Shown here in pieces: positions 1 to 14,212 of a stretch of DNA of 64,000 nt. Below the pieces are notes generated by a model. The model was not told the DNA's origin. It saw only the letters and a list, made by a program, of their open reading frames with translations, and ran no database searches. The position numbers and the translations under genes were made by a program. Numbering within the stretch: the stretch's first letter is position 1; the number at the start of each line of letters is the position of its first letter. Origin of the DNA: Lama guanicoe (Eukaryota); the NCBI GenBank assembly GCA_013239625.1, contig MU054391.1:8589095-8653094 (forward strand), given 5' to 3'.

Positions 1-209
1 GGGGGAAAAAAAGATTAACTGTTACAATTTACAGTTTCAATTTTGTTTTTTCCTCTTGAAGGAAAAAATGTAAGTATTGTGTACATGACTGGTACCATTG
101 GATTTTTATGCCTATGAAAGAGAATATTGCTGGATATAGTCAGGTGAGATAAAGGAAGGTGATACGGCTAATAAGAAACAAGTGGAATTGCTTATCAAGG
201 TTATATCAC

Positions 210-633
210 TGTCAAACTGGCCTCAAAAACTGTCAGAAGCTGACTCTCTAAAAGTTACCAACACAATCTGTTCATAAGACAAAGCAGGATGTATTACAAT
301 CCCAGGTTAGGGAGAATATTATCTAACAAAGCTTTGGCGGTATATCACATGAATGAATCGGAAGTTTGTTTTAAGGGAGGTCTTTGGTTAAGACTGGGTT
401 CAAATCATGATACAAAAGTACGGGATTGTTGGAAACAACATTCGATGATACTTAGGACACAGCAAACTGCTGATAATATCCATTTAAGAGTTGGTGATCT
501 TTTGAAAAATTCCTTTAATGAGCAATCAAACTATTGGTCTGGGGAAGAGACTGTTGGGGGGAGAAAGTTAAGCTAATTAAGACAGAGAATTAGAAAAGTC
601 ATGTAGGCAGTAAGATTTTACTTTTAATTGTCA
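210..633. mobile_element. Possible old LTR fragment (ERV1/ERVL-like)
   Basis: Bounded by TGTCAAA...TTGTCA LTR-like termini; no convincing TSD; family not identified. Confidence 0.3.
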
Positions 634-1780
634 CTCTCCAGGATAAATGTAAGGGTTGATGGTTTGGCTTTCATAATAATACCATCATTTACCTCCAGAA
701 GCCCAAGAAGCACCATTGCTGCTCCCAGAGCCACTCATGACATGAAGTGAAATGGGCAGACAGCAAAACTGAACCAAATTAACAGACAGAATCACAGTTT
801 GTTCTTACTCCTTCAGCCCCAATAACCACTGTAGCACCTGCCCAGCTTTCCTCTTGTCAACTGGTCATCTTTATCACTTTTCCCCCAGTTGCTATTCTGT
901 ATACTTAGAAATACATCCTGATAAAAGAAACATACCCTTTGAGTCCAGTGTGACTTTCCAGCAGGTACTATATTCATTCAAATATAAATAAAAAACAGAA
1001 CATGTCTAAAAACACAATTGCTTAAAAAATAACCCTGAGTCTCTTCTTTCTCCTTCTGTAACGTGGCATCATATTCCTTCTTTTGTTAGTGCTACCACTC
1101 AACCTTTGAGTTTCTAGTTGCTTATTCTGTATTTTCTATATGAAGTTACGGTTTCACCCTCAAGTATGTAGTGGTGTTGGGGAAGATTTGCTGTGAGGAT
1201 GGTATTCGACATGGACAGGAAATTTTTTTTCTCATTTCTGTTCTTCTTTACTATTTTAGAGAGGATAGAGGTCTTAGTTTGATCAGACAAGTTCTGCACT
1301 TGTTAATACTGCCTTCTTTCCCTATCAAATACACTCAGACGATGCCTTGCAAGTTTTCCATACTATGATTACCACCCTAATGTGACTCAAGACATATTGG
1401 TCTACTGCAGGGATTTTTCTCATCAGATCATTGTGTGACACTATCATAGATTCTCCAGGAGCTGAGATAAGGGTCAATTTTAATGACACCACATCGTGAG
1501 ACACTCCAATTATCCTTTTTTAATCGAAGAAACCAAAGGGATGTACCCTGATTCTCTTTCCCTTTAATATGACTTATTTGCACATCCAATACCCTTGCTT
1601 GGAAGGTTAAGACTAATGATTTTATACAGGCTGCCTAATTGTCAGGTTGGATACGGGGTATCTGGCTGAACTAGTCAGTCTGGTTTCTTCCAAGAGGCTT
1701 ATCAGGTTCTTATGACACTAGAAACTTGATTAACTTAAAAAAGAATGCCTCAATATATCTTCATGAATACATATCTTAGG

Positions 1781-1785
<5 letters not shown>

Positions 1786-1822
<37 letters not shown>

Positions 1823-1870
1823 CTCTCTCTCATACACATATATACATAGACAGATAGATAGATATAGATA
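1786..1870. repeat. (CA)n-(CT)n compound microsatellite followed by TAGA-like repeats
   Basis: Seen directly in the sequence. Confidence 0.95.
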
Positions 1871-3899
1871 CAGTTGAATTTAATTTATATTTGCTAAAGA
1901 AAGTTGAACAAGTTTGTCATTTGCTTAGAAAATAGAGACTACAATTTCCTACTCAAGAACTTTACCAACTAAAAAGGCAAAGAAAGCACTTTAAAAGAAA
2001 ATGGGATTTAAAGGTAGCACAGCAAGTGGTCAACCAACATAAATATAAACACATTGAATGGGTTTGATTAAGCAACTTCCTTGGGGGAAATTCCAGCTTT
2101 CAGTTCCCTGATGGTCTTCAAGCATGTATAGTTTAGAGGTCAGAGAAGAGCAAAACTTAGCAGTCAAGCAAGGTCATCCTACTTGTCTTAGTGGCTGGAG
2201 ATAATGTGAACAAGTGCAGTGACATTTACAAATTCCGTGATTGCTAGGGATGATTAGTGACCTTGTTGGAGAAAATTTTCATGTTTCTTCTTAGTAACTG
2301 AAAGCAAAACACCCATGAGTTTTATATTCTCTCTAGAGAAACGCAAAGTGAAAGAGGTGGGACCCACAAACAGCTCCACGTTCCTCAGACGAGGTGTTTA
2401 AGTGAAGGAAAAAAAAATTAGTTAAACCTCTCCTAATTTATTTAAAATGCTACAGCCAGTAATTTCAAGACATAAAATATTATGGAATAACTCTATGAAA
2501 GCTTGCTTTTTTTTTTTAAAGAGGTGTAAAAGGCAGATTTTGTAGGCGTAAGCCATGTATGCACAACAGATGGGAAGACAAAACCCTGAATTTAGAAATA
2601 ATTCCTATAGTATGCTTTTGATAGTTAATGTAAGATACAGGCAACCCTGGCATTTGTTCCCACTTGTGTTCCCATCCATCATAAGAGGTATTTGGAAGCA
2701 AGGGCGAATATTTTACTATTCCCAGTGTTTCCCCTCTGAGGATTTCCTACTAATTAGCAAACTATCCTCCCCCCATTCTCCCCAGTTTACTGTCACTCCC
2801 TGATCTGCGCAGCCTGTCTAAATTAAATTAAATGCATACCAGTCATTTAATCCTTGCTGTGAAGATAAACCAGGCTCTGACACTCTTAGCAAATGTTGGC
2901 ATCTTAGTCTTTCTGATTGTGGAACAAAGAAGTCAGCTGAATTCTAAACTCCATTAAATGAGTGGTGGTAAAAGGCATGGAAATACCGGTGGCTTACGAC
3001 AGTTCTAACCCTGCTCTGTTACCTCCACGCAAGATTGAACCTGTCCACAGGAAAAGCAGACCTAAACTGCCTTCACCACCAAAAAGCAGAGATTTGGTCT
3101 TGCAGCTGTGAAGAGGAGGCGGGAGAAAAATGTTAGCTCTACTTACTGGAAGACACGGACCAAGAAGTGGATCCAGAAAAGCGATCACCTAGACACCCTT
3201 CATTAGGAAATTAACGAGACTCACTTTGAATGTGTCCACTGAAAATACGATAAGTTAATAAGTTAAACCACCAGAAAAGGGTAGGAATTGCCTTCTCAGG
3301 TAGCCTGTTTGTTTTAATATGCTCATTCTGCTACTGGACAGTTTGTGTGAACCGTGGCAAGCTATGTATCCCCTCTGTCTTCCATAGTTACCTTCTTCCC
3401 AATAATTCAAAGGGCCATTAGATGAATTAAATGAGGTCATACATAATTATGTCTGTCATATACTGTTCAATAATTCACACATTTTCTTCCCATTCCACGT
3501 GTTAACTGAGTTTATATTGAAACATCAAACAGACAAGGAGGGAAGTTTTAAAAGACTTGCTCTTCTAGTATTAAAAAAAATCCCTAGTGTATTCTTGGTC
3601 ATATGGAAAAAGTCATATTTTAGTGTTTTTGCAAATATGCCAAATATTTCATTTGTCCATTTTATTTTACTGCAGTTTAATTTTAATTTGTGTTATGGGT
3701 CAGAAAATTGCTAATTGTTTTCATATGCATAGACACCCAGAAACTAAGATAAATTTTATATATTTTTGCTCATCTTTATCATAAAATTATCTGGTACCAA
3801 AACTGAAAGTATGTTATGAGTATATTTATGCTGATGAATTTTAACAAATTAATGTATAAATATATAACTGATAACCTGTAATCTCTAGCACAATAAAAC

Positions 3900-4285
3900 C
3901 ATAGAGAAAAAAATCACAATTTATCCTGCTCCCACTGCTTGCAGAATAGGTGGATGGATATTCACCATTTCTAGTTCCTTCCCAAAGTACCCAGGTTTAC
4001 TTTTAGGAACTAGCATTGTGATTTGGAAAGGACCAGAAATCTCATAGCTCCAGTCGCTAATGGAAGCTGTGTTGTAGTGATGAATGTAGCCATACAATTA
4101 AGAAGGCAAGCCAACATAATAGGAAGCAGAATGTTAGAGAACGAGAGTTAATTCCTTTATTGAACCATGCCCGAAGACAGCCACCTTTGGATTTCTCATT
4201 TGCAATAGCCTAATAAATCCACTTACTCTTTAAGCTAGTTTGAGCCTGGTTTTCTGACACTTGCAATTCAAAGACTCCCTCATCC
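3900..4285 (+). mobile_element. MaLR LTR (MLT1J/K-like)
   Basis: Typical MLT1 3' end: AATAAATCC...TTTAAGCTAGTTTGAGCCTGGTTTTCTGACACTTGCAATTCAAAGACTCCCT; boundaries approximate. Confidence 0.6.
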
Positions 4286-4379
4286 AGCTCAAATTTAATA
4301 ACCATTTCTTCAAATTTATCCTTAAACTACTTTTAGAATTTTTATTCTTTCTTTATATGATTTCCATGACTTTGGACAA

Positions 4380-4830
4380 GTTGGAGTCTAGACTTACAAA
4401 CTTGCCTTTCAAGAGCTTTTACAACCTGACTCTAGTTGCTTTCCACTGACTGCTCTTTTATACAAAAGCTTTTCCTCAGCTTAGCTGTTCTATCAATGTC
4501 TTCTACAGAGCCAGACACAGCCCCATCTCAGCATTTTGCACGTGATCTTCCTCTATTACCAAGAACATCTTTTTATAAAGAGTTTTCTCTCTGAAATTCC
4601 AGCTCAGGCTTCCTTCTGTGAACATCTCACTGATGCCTTTAGTCCGCCATGAATCCTTTCTTTTCTAAACACTTGGCGCTTATTATGTATACGTGATATT
4701 TGTCAACTTCCGTTTCACACATACAATCGCAATTATCAAGGACTGTATATGTTTTGTCATTATTTTCCTCCATTTCACCTAAAACAATTCTATGTACACA
4801 CACAAAAAAAACGCTTTAAAAATTAATTAT
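4380..4830 (+). mobile_element. L2 LINE fragment
   Basis: Degenerate L2 3'-region motifs (GCATTTTGCACGTGATCTTCCTCT, CAGCTCAGGCTTCCTTCTGTGAAC). Confidence 0.45.
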
Positions 4831-6789
4831 TTCATTTGCATTTGTGTTTTTTCAAGATTCATTTGAAGTGCAAATTGGGCTGTACAGTTGACACTGCTAA
4901 TCAAATCATTTTCTGGAACTTCATATCGTTCTCTTAAATTTTGAGACTATGTATGTGTTGTCTTATTTTCTCCTCATTCAATAAACATTTTTTTATGGGT
5001 TTAAGGTGGTCTAAGCATATCATCGATTGTTGGCAACAGATCAAAGAACAGTGGACAGAGTCTCTGCTTTCATTGCCTAGTGGAAGGTACACAAAAAGTA
5101 AATAACAGAAACCAGGAAAATAATTCAAACGTTTGACTAAGATCCACAACGGGGATGGTGGACCCTAAGACAGGGTGACCAGATGTCTTTTTGCCTAGGA
5201 ACTTTCTGGTGTAGTCCTCTTGTACCAGCACTCTATGTTATAAATGATTCCATATTTTAAATTTTAACATAAAGTATAATAATTAAAAGTGGCATTAAAG
5301 TAAGTTAAGGTGGATTTGGAGAACTTTTATTTGTGTTTGTGGCTTCTGCCATCAATTCATTCATGAGATCCATTTTTAGTAAATAAGAGTTACTCTATGT
5401 AACACAGATTAATCTGAAAAATGATCATAGTGATTCATCTCTTTTTATGAAACTTTCATATGCAATCTAACCTGCACCCTCCCTTCTAGGCAGCATATGG
5501 TGTTTTGTGTTAAAAGAAAAATAGTACAAAGCAAATTCAGACACTAATGATTATGGACAGCAAATTCTAATCCTGGGTATTAATAGCAGAAAGTGTTCAG
5601 TACTACTGCCTGCCACACATTAAATGTACCAACCAGCTTTGCTGTAGCTGATGCCTTAGCCTTCAAGCAAAACTAAGCTTTCAAAAAGTCAGTGCAGTCA
5701 GTGGAAAATGTGAAAAATTAGAGCTTAAGAATATAAGAAACGTGCAGCAAACAGAGGCTGAGCAGTGCAGCCAGAAACCTACAGAGAGTGGTCTGTAGCT
5801 CATATGATATACAGTGAAATTATATATATATTGATTTATCTTGTTGGCAATGTTTTTTTACATATTAATTGTATGTGTATTTTTGCAAAAAGCCTCCCAG
5901 CAGCAATGATCAACAAAGTAAATGTTTAATGAAAACATAAGAATTACATTTTCATTCTTCAGGAAAGCAGATAATGAATCTATAGCTTGCACAAAATGTT
6001 TCTGTTGAATTTACTTCCCACCAGGGAGTTACAGTGATATTACCAACGGTAGGAAACCTGTCAGACAACCCTGCTGAGACAGCCTCAGCATCTCCTTCAC
6101 CATTAGTTGATGCTTTAACAAGATGTCACAGAAGATGACAATTTAACAGAGTTCCAGAAGTACCTTTATGTTTTATTTTAAACAGTTCTATTCATCTTGA
6201 AGTCCAAGTTGTCCCAGGTATAATTTTTTTAAATGTTATTTTTTGACTCCATTAGCAGAAGAGAGAATTTATAGGCAGTTAACTGATACTAGTGCTAGAG
6301 TCATCGGATACGTCAAATAAAACAAATAATTAAGTTAATTCTAATAATAGTTTGATTTTTTTCCCCCAAATGGCTCATGGGATCCAATTAACCCTTTTAA
6401 AACTTTAGTCTTCCAAGGCTGATACTTGACATTATTGTAAATGTTATTTTGAACTCAGTTTAAAAGTATACATATTTATTTTTATGTTGTTCTTACAGGA
6501 ACCTTTTTTTGGTAGGATACAGTATTAGGTTAAAAACATTACTCCTGTTAAATTAAGAATCCTATGGAGCACAAATAAACTCAGAATTAGTTGTGGAGAG
6601 TACAAAAAGCTGACACTTCCCAACAATTTAAATACAAATTCTAGCCATCAAAATTAGAAAATATGCATCTTTTTATTTACAAAGAGTAAATGAACCACAA
6701 CTATTTTGTGAGAAAGCTGATGATGAACATTTTTTTTTTTTAAATCAGAATTCTTCTGGCATTATCTTCCATTGTGTTTGCCCTAACAC

Positions 6790-7990
6790 TATAAACCCAT
6801 ACAAGCTGGACATTACATATAAGACAAGAATTTTCCCACTTTATCAACAGGCAGTTCAGAGCACAGATCCCAAAGAGCAGGGAGATAAGGCGGTGAGCCC
6901 CCTGAAGAGCCCAGCTCCCAGCCCTGGTGCACTTCTGGGATGAGGTGCAGGAAGAGGAACACAAGCTGAAGCTAGCATTCTGAGACGCAGAGAACGAGAC
7001 TAGACTTTGGGGAGGGTGAGGGGACTTGATTTCACGGAGTGGAGTATAGGAGATGATGGAACTACACAGCAAAGGACCCCAGACACAGCATGCAAGTCCC
7101 TCAGTGCTATTGTTGAATACTACACTGCCAGGCAAAAGTTGAAACTGCACGAGGTCAGGCAGGGAACTACTACTGAGCTGTAAACCGAACAACTCTCAGA
7201 CCTTGCACACACCTGAAAAATATCTGAGTGGTACTGAGTAACAAGGGCAGAGACATCTCGTTAAACACCTTGGTCATTCAGGAGATCCCCCACAAAGACA
7301 CACCTTAGTAGTAAGGCTAAACTGGCGCTAGAATAAAAGCCCTAAAAAGATGTAAAACAGCAATAATTAAGCTACCTGCAAATAATTACCTGCCAACTGA
7401 AACAAAATATGGCAATATTTACAGAAAGAAAACAAAATCAGTGAACAGCTGAATGTTCACAATGTCAAGCATTCAGTCAAAAGTTAGAAGAAACATGGAA
7501 AAGCAAGAATTTATGATACAAAAGCAGGTGGAAAAAATCAGATAAAAGAAGTAGGCTCATAAGTAAAAGAGATAATAGGGTTAGCAGATAAGGATTTAAA
7601 TGCAACTGTAAAAACATATATTAAATGACATTAGCATAATAAATATATTTATAATTATAGGCAAAGCAACAGAAGACAGGGATCAAATGGAAAACTTGAA
7701 GCTGAAAATACAGTAACGGAAATTAAAACATTCCTGGATAGCCTTAAGAACTGACTTGACACTACAGGAAAAAAACAACAACTAATAGTGAGCTTGATTT
7801 CCTAACAATGTAAGCTAGGCAAACTTGAATATAGAAAAATCAAAGACAAAATAAAGCAGACATAGTGACATGTGGAAAAAAATCTGTCTACCATCTCTAA
7901 TTGGAGTCCTGCAAAGGGGGTTGGTGGAATATTTGAATAAATAATGACTGAAAAAGTTTCAAAGTTAATGGAAACATTGGGTACCAAAAA
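6790..7990 (+). mobile_element. Old L1 (L1M) 5'UTR/ORF1 remnant
   Basis: A-rich ORF1-like sequence (AAATGGAAAACTTGAAGCTGAAAATACAGTAACGGAAATTAAAAC; ATTGGAGTCCTG...ATATTTGAATAAATAATGACTGAAAA); no intact ORF. Confidence 0.7.
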
Positions 7991-10900
7991 GATATTGTTT
8001 CCTATACTGTGAGACTCTGGGGTTTTTCTCTGTTCTGTTTTTTGTTTTTTAATATTATTTTTCTTTCCCATGTGGCTTCCTCCTGACATGTCTCTCTCAT
8101 CTGGCCTGAAATTTTGTGCCTTTGGATGTGTTGAGCTTAGCTCTTTAGCCCGCTTTCCTATTCAGGTTGGAAATCTAGCAGATGCTGCATGGGGATAACT
8201 TGTTCTTGAGAAAGTTTTATCTCTTAAGCATCAAAAAAACTCTAGAAGATTTAATTCTGTCTTTCCAGACTCCCACATTTATGCATGGCCCTAGCAAAGC
8301 ATAGTGGGGAAAACAAACTGTGAGTTTTGTATTCTGCAGCTGACAAACCTCTCAAGCTATGAGGCAAGCTCCACTGTTTTCTACTTTCCCAAGTAGACTA
8401 CTTCTACCACTGGCAGGAAGTCAGATCCTCTCCCTGTCCCAGGCTTGGACACCGAGTTCCCAGGGAAGACAATGGCCCACCACCTCAGCTAGCAAATGTT
8501 CTTCCCTATCTACAATTTTAGCTCCTCAAGGCTTCTTGGCATCCATAGCTGTTCAGTGTTTTAACAACTTGGATCATGTGATTCATTCTTCTTTTCTTTT
8601 TAACTCATTGCTTGTATGTTTGTATTTATTGAATGCAATGGCTTCCAAATATCTACTACATCCTATTCAGAAGTAACTGACTGAGTCCAGGCATTTTTAA
8701 ATTACACCAGAACATTGTTAATATCATTATGCTCATTTTAAGTCTCCCAAAGGAGAAAGAGAACCCTTGATCTGTGAGCTCTATTTTAAAAAGATGAGGC
8801 AACTGAAAGTGCACTAAGGAAGGACTTAAATGCCCAAAATAAGATGAACTGATGGATAAAATATCTGATATAATCATTAGGAGAATAAGTAAATCTATCA
8901 AATTACAAGATGGTTTTTCAAGTAGAATACTTGGCCATGTCTTTTTCCACTTATGTTCCCTTGCCAGTGTATGACCCTGCTTCTAAAAAAAAAAAAAGGC
9001 TTTTCTTTCCTCTGAACTAGCACTGTAAACAATGCCAAATAGTTTCTCTTTTTTTTCCCCTCCAATCTGAGGCCTTCATTAACAAAGGATCCAAGGGGAC
9101 TGTTTGTGAGCAGAGGAACTTCTTTCAGGAAGATGATTGGACATACATTCCTCAGAAACTCCATTAAGGGGTTTCCATTTTTCCCAATAGCCATGCGAAT
9201 TTCTTATTTTCCAAAGGGTTGTCTTACTGTTATTTTTCCTGAGGCTGGACTATAACCCACATCGTCACATCCTAGAAGGAGAAGAGTCTTTCAATGGTTA
9301 AAGTGAGAATTTTACCGAACATTCTATCACACCAAGGATTTTGAGCCATTTTTTTATTGTATCCCTTAATCTTGTAACTACCTCGATCAGTTTAAGATAA
9401 TGCTGTTATTTAAGTGACGATATATTTTTGCAAAGCTTAAGTTCAACGATACTGTAATGCTTAGGAAATGTTTTGTGAATAATTTTTGTATATGACTTTA
9501 TGAGTAACTTATTTCTGTTTCATTTTGTATCCACATAGCATAAATAATTGTATTTTAATTTTAATAACCAGTCCACTACAGCAACAGCAGCCATTGGCGT
9601 ATTTATTAACAGTGCAGAATTGGAGAGATTTCAAACTGCAGGAGCCATTTTTTTGCCCTATTTGTGGGAGAAGGTAAATGTGAATATAAACTGATGGTTC
9701 TCTGAATCCGTATCAGTGAGTTATTTAAAAAGAGGAATTAGGCAACAAAATGTGAATGACACTCACTGAGCAAATGCTTAAGCTAATAAAAGGAAATGAC
9801 ACTTAATGATGCAAGCCTCAGTTACTTAGAAAATTAGTTTTTAAACGTCTCACTTTGTGATAATGTGTAATATTAGGTGTTGCATTGTATTGTTTTCTTA
9901 TTCTTATAAGTTATATAAAGCAACACAAATCATATACATCTTCATAAGAAGCAGATCTTAAAACATTTAAAACATTTACTACATTTTGATAAGATTGGCT
10001 CATTGAACATTTATATTATTCACTAACGTGTCACACATTGTCATAGTTTACATGGGCAAACGACTGTGACAGACTGTCTCCGCAAAAGCCTTATGTCTCT
10101 TAGGCAAAAAAGTCAAAAGAGTTTGCAATTTTAAAGCCATATGAGAAATGATACTATCATATGTGTAGAGGTATATGTAGGACAAAAACACATTTATAGT
10201 GTGGGGATTGGATCAATTTCCTATGAGTCGGAGGAGGGAAGACTGTAAGAGAGCACTTTATTGTGCCTCGCAGCATTAAAGAACTTTTCCAGGCGTATAA
10301 GGAGCTAGGCAGAGCTGCAAGGTGTCTAGGTAGTCAGGACAAGGAGCCAAACTGAAAGTTCCAATCAAGCTTTCATTCTTCCTGTGACTATAAACAAGAG
10401 GTGCTGGTTCCCTCGTGCTCCGTTCTTCCCTCAGAAAGCCTCTGGGTGAGGGTCAATCACGTGATAGGGACTGCGGATGGGAGTGGTCATGTCACTGCCC
10501 AGAGGCTGAACAAAAGCTTCCTGTCTTTTTATGGACCTGCGGGGGTCGGGGCTGGGGAGGTGAAGTGCCTGAGAGTGGAGAAGTACTGGGTCAGAGCAGA
10601 GTGGAGTGTGGTCCTCAAGGCCCCCTATAGGAAGATTTCAGCAGAGGTTCCTAAAAATTACCTCAGCTGAGCCCCGTCTCCCCCTCAGCTGGCTCCCGAT
10701 GGAAGCAGGTGGGCTGGGGTACAGCCACGTATGTTATGAGCCGGCCTGGGAGGGGTGAGTCCTTGACTGGTTCTCCCTCCGGAGACCGCAGTGGGCTGGC
10801 CGTGCTCCAGGGCGGGTGCAGGGAGGACAGCTTCCCCCCGTGAGTCCTACTGGGCAATGCCCTGCAATTCCGTACGGTTGGACCTGAGAGAAGACAGATA

Positions 10901-12158
10901 GGATTTGGACCAGAAGCTGGAATCCGCAAGGACAGGAAGGAAAAGGGAAAGAATCATTTTGAAAAAGCAGTGTGACTTTTCTCTAGTGTGGCTGGGACCC
11001 TGGGCGTCTGAGGGCAGTGGTTGGAGGGGGAGCCTCAGCTTATCTGTCCGGATGGGCAGGCAGAGGCCGGGCTGCGGTGGGTTTCCACGTTATGAGGCAT
11101 TAGGACGCTGGCCTTGGTGGAAACATTGAGGGACTTGACCTTTTGTAATAGAGTAAATGTAGCCTGATCGAACTGGGTGCATGAACTTGGACACTTAATT
11201 TCCAAAAGGGGGAATAGATTGGCTTTATTGATTGACTACTTATTAAAGCTGGTCTAGAAACAGACTCTAAACCCAAACCAAGTGAGCTAGATGCAACAGG
11301 CAAACTCTTTTGCATAGATCAATTGAACCAAACTATCATTTTTCAACCACTTATTTATGCTGTAATTTGACACAGACTGAGAGGCTAAACTACAATTTAA
11401 ATTTTGTCCCAGCTCGATGTATTTTACTTTATGAAAACAAACACATGTTGTTTATTTAAATCAGCACTTACAGAAATTACGTGTTTTTTTTTAAAGGATT
11501 AATTTTCAATGGAAAAATCAGACTATATATACCAAAGGTTTTATGTATGTTTCTATTACATAAGAGTCACAATATTCTTGTAATAAGTTATTAAAATTTT
11601 TTTCATTGCTGTCTTTGTCTTACAAATGCGGAAGCTAACGCTCAAAAAGACTAGGTAAAAAAATCCAAAGTAACACGCCTAGTCAGTGGTATCAAAAGAG
11701 CACCAAATCCAGTGATCCTTAAACAGTCCTGTACCGCCGATACAGAGACGGCTGTTTTCTTTAAATATTTTGATCTAAAAGCAGGTATTTCTTATCTTTC
11801 CTGTGCTCATGTGTGTTTCCACGAAGTCTGTTTATTCCCTTGGTTTTTATCTGCCTGGAATGACAGACACCACTGAGAACATCGTGGAGCTCACCTTCAG
11901 ATTCTTTCTTTCCTGCATCTTTCCAACGCGTCTGTATGGTGTTGATGATTACATGGTGGAAGGAAGGATGGCAGCAGGATTAGATCTAATAAGCACATGT
12001 AATAAGTATCTTTGAAAATAATGCTACTTATGATGAAGGAGGGAAATAGTGGTAAGGGGGGAAAGGCAACATTTCGTAAAATTCAGGTTATACTGACAGG
12101 TCTAATGTCAGTTGTAAGTCTTTTCCATGATGTCAGAAAATAAGAATTTTTTAATTGT

Positions 12159-12215
12159 TTGTTTGTTTTGATTTGGTTTTTTTGTTTGTTTGCTTTTTTG
12201 GTTTTTTGGTTTTTA
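12159..12215. repeat. T/G-rich simple repeat, (TTTG)n-like
   Basis: Seen directly in the sequence. Confidence 0.8.
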
Positions 12216-12292
12216 GGTATCTGTACCTATCTTCCTATCTCTTGTTCAATTGCCTCAAACACGTCATCTGTGCTGCTACCAGGAAATGATTC

Positions 12293-12948
12293 TGTTGCCG
12301 GTGGATGTAACAGGTGTCTAGGTTCTTGTCCCACCCCAGAAAGAATTCAGAGACAAGTCACAGAGGTTAAGAAAGTAAAGCAAAGATTTATTAAAGGATG
12401 GATAGTACACTCTCTAGGGGAGAGGGGGCTGGCTCAGGTGAGCAGCTGCCCTGAGTTTTCTTTGGCAAGCTGGTTACACAGAGTGTAAAAGTGAATGAGC
12501 GGAATATTCACTGGGGAGGGAAGGGTTTGAGGTTATGTTCTCTGATTTTCATACCAACTCCACCTTCCGGAATGGAGGAGGAATTTTTGTTCTTGTTTAT
12601 TCTGGATCGGAAGTGTCATGGCGTCGTTGCTTGATGGGTACTTCTAATCTACAAGGCTAATTTTATTGAAATGAAGGCATAATGAGCAAACGGTTACATT
12701 TGGACACTGGAGATTCCCGCCTTTTCCCACCTTTCTTCGTCTAGGCCTCTCATCACCCTATAAGTTCTGACTGCTTATCAGCCCGGAGGTTTCTGCTTTT
12801 CTTTCTCTGCCCAGGGACCCCTGGTGCTTACATGATGTGGGGTTTCCTATATTTGGCCTGTGCCCCTCCTTTCTGCCCAGTTCCTGTCGTTTGGCCCGCA
12901 TTCCCCTTTTTCTGCTCATATCTACTAACTATCTGCCTGCTGGAAACA
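12293..12948 (-). mobile_element. ERV1-class solo LTR (656 bp)
   Basis: TG...CA termini; perfect 4-bp TSD ATTC (12289-12292 and 12949-12952); minus-strand AATAAA at 12387-12392; start TGTTTCCAGCAGGCAGATAGTTAGTAGATATGAGCAG resembles MER4-group LTRs. Confidence 0.85.
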
Positions 12949-13805
12949 ATTCTAAAGTGTAATACTGTCATGCAAATCCCTTCTTGAACTGTTTCAATGG
13001 CTCTGCGCTGTTGAAAGGATTAAGTCCTAAAACTTCAACAAGACACTCTACAACGGGGCTTCTCCCAGTGCAGACTGTCTTGTCTCTTTCTAGTCAACCT
13101 TTGATAGAAACACTGTTGTCAAAAATATCTCAACCCTTCTGCAGCTTAGAGTACTCTTTCCTCGCTGATTTCTCTGATCAACTCTAACTCAGATTTCAAC
13201 AGGAGAGTGAGTCAGAGGAAACCTATCTCTCTAATTCCAAGTGTTTCATCCAGGGGTACTAATGATCAAGTTTATACAGAGGTATGCCTTGCTTACATGA
13301 AGAAAACAACTTGGAGCTTAAAGCTTATGTGTCACGTTAGATGTCTTACATCCAGAACACATACACAAGGGCCTCTGAAATTATTAGATTTTATATAACA
13401 AAATATTAATATGAAAAGTAGAAATTTTATTTAGTTTTGTTTTTGTTATTTGTTTTACCTGTCATTAAATAATTTAAAATGCCATTGTATTACTAAACCA
13501 AATACAAGTATAATATTGAAAAATATTATATAAAATGTATATGAAGTTTTAATACTCAGTTGAAGTAAGAAAGACAGGTGGTACATGTGATTGGCTGTGG
13601 CCAAAAAGATACAAGGTATGGTTTTATTCTCTCCTGCAAATAGTTCAGTAAAGAAGCTTTAGAAATGTTACTCTGGACCATCTCAATTATGTCTTAGAAA
13701 TAAATCACCAACATCTGCTCTTTAATCAAGGTTAATAATTGTTTCTCGATTTGAGAATTAAGTGATCAAAGAGCTTTGGTTATAAAAACTATATTTTATG
13801 GGTGA

Positions 13806-14212
13806 ATATGGATAGATAGAGGATACTATGCTAAGTGAAATAAGCCAGACACAGAACGACAAATACTGCACGGTCTCACTTGTACATGGAATCTAAAACA
13901 GTCATACTCATAGGTAGAGAGTAGAATGGTGATTGCCAGGGGCAGAAGGTAGAGGGAAATGAGATCTTGGTGAAAGAGTTCCAAGTTTCATTATATAAGA
14001 TGAATGAGTTCCAGAGACCTAATGTAAAGCATGGTAATAACAGATCTTAAATTTTATCTTCTCAACAAAGACGCACAATGGTAACAATGTAGAGGTGATA
14101 AATTATTTAGCTTGATTGTGGGGATCTTTTCACTGTGTATACACATAACAAAACACTACATCGTGTACCTTAAATATATACAATTTTACGTGTCAAATAT
14201 GCCTCAATAAAG
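13806..14212 (+). mobile_element. L1 3' end (L1MA-like)
   Basis: ATGCTAAGTGAAATAAGCCAGACACAGAA...AGTAGAATGGTGATTGCCAGGGG...CCTCAATAAAG. Confidence 0.9.

Noticed and set aside
6740..7192. 150-aa minus-strand ORF
   Set aside because: Antisense to an old L1 5' region, non-ATG start, no recognisable domain
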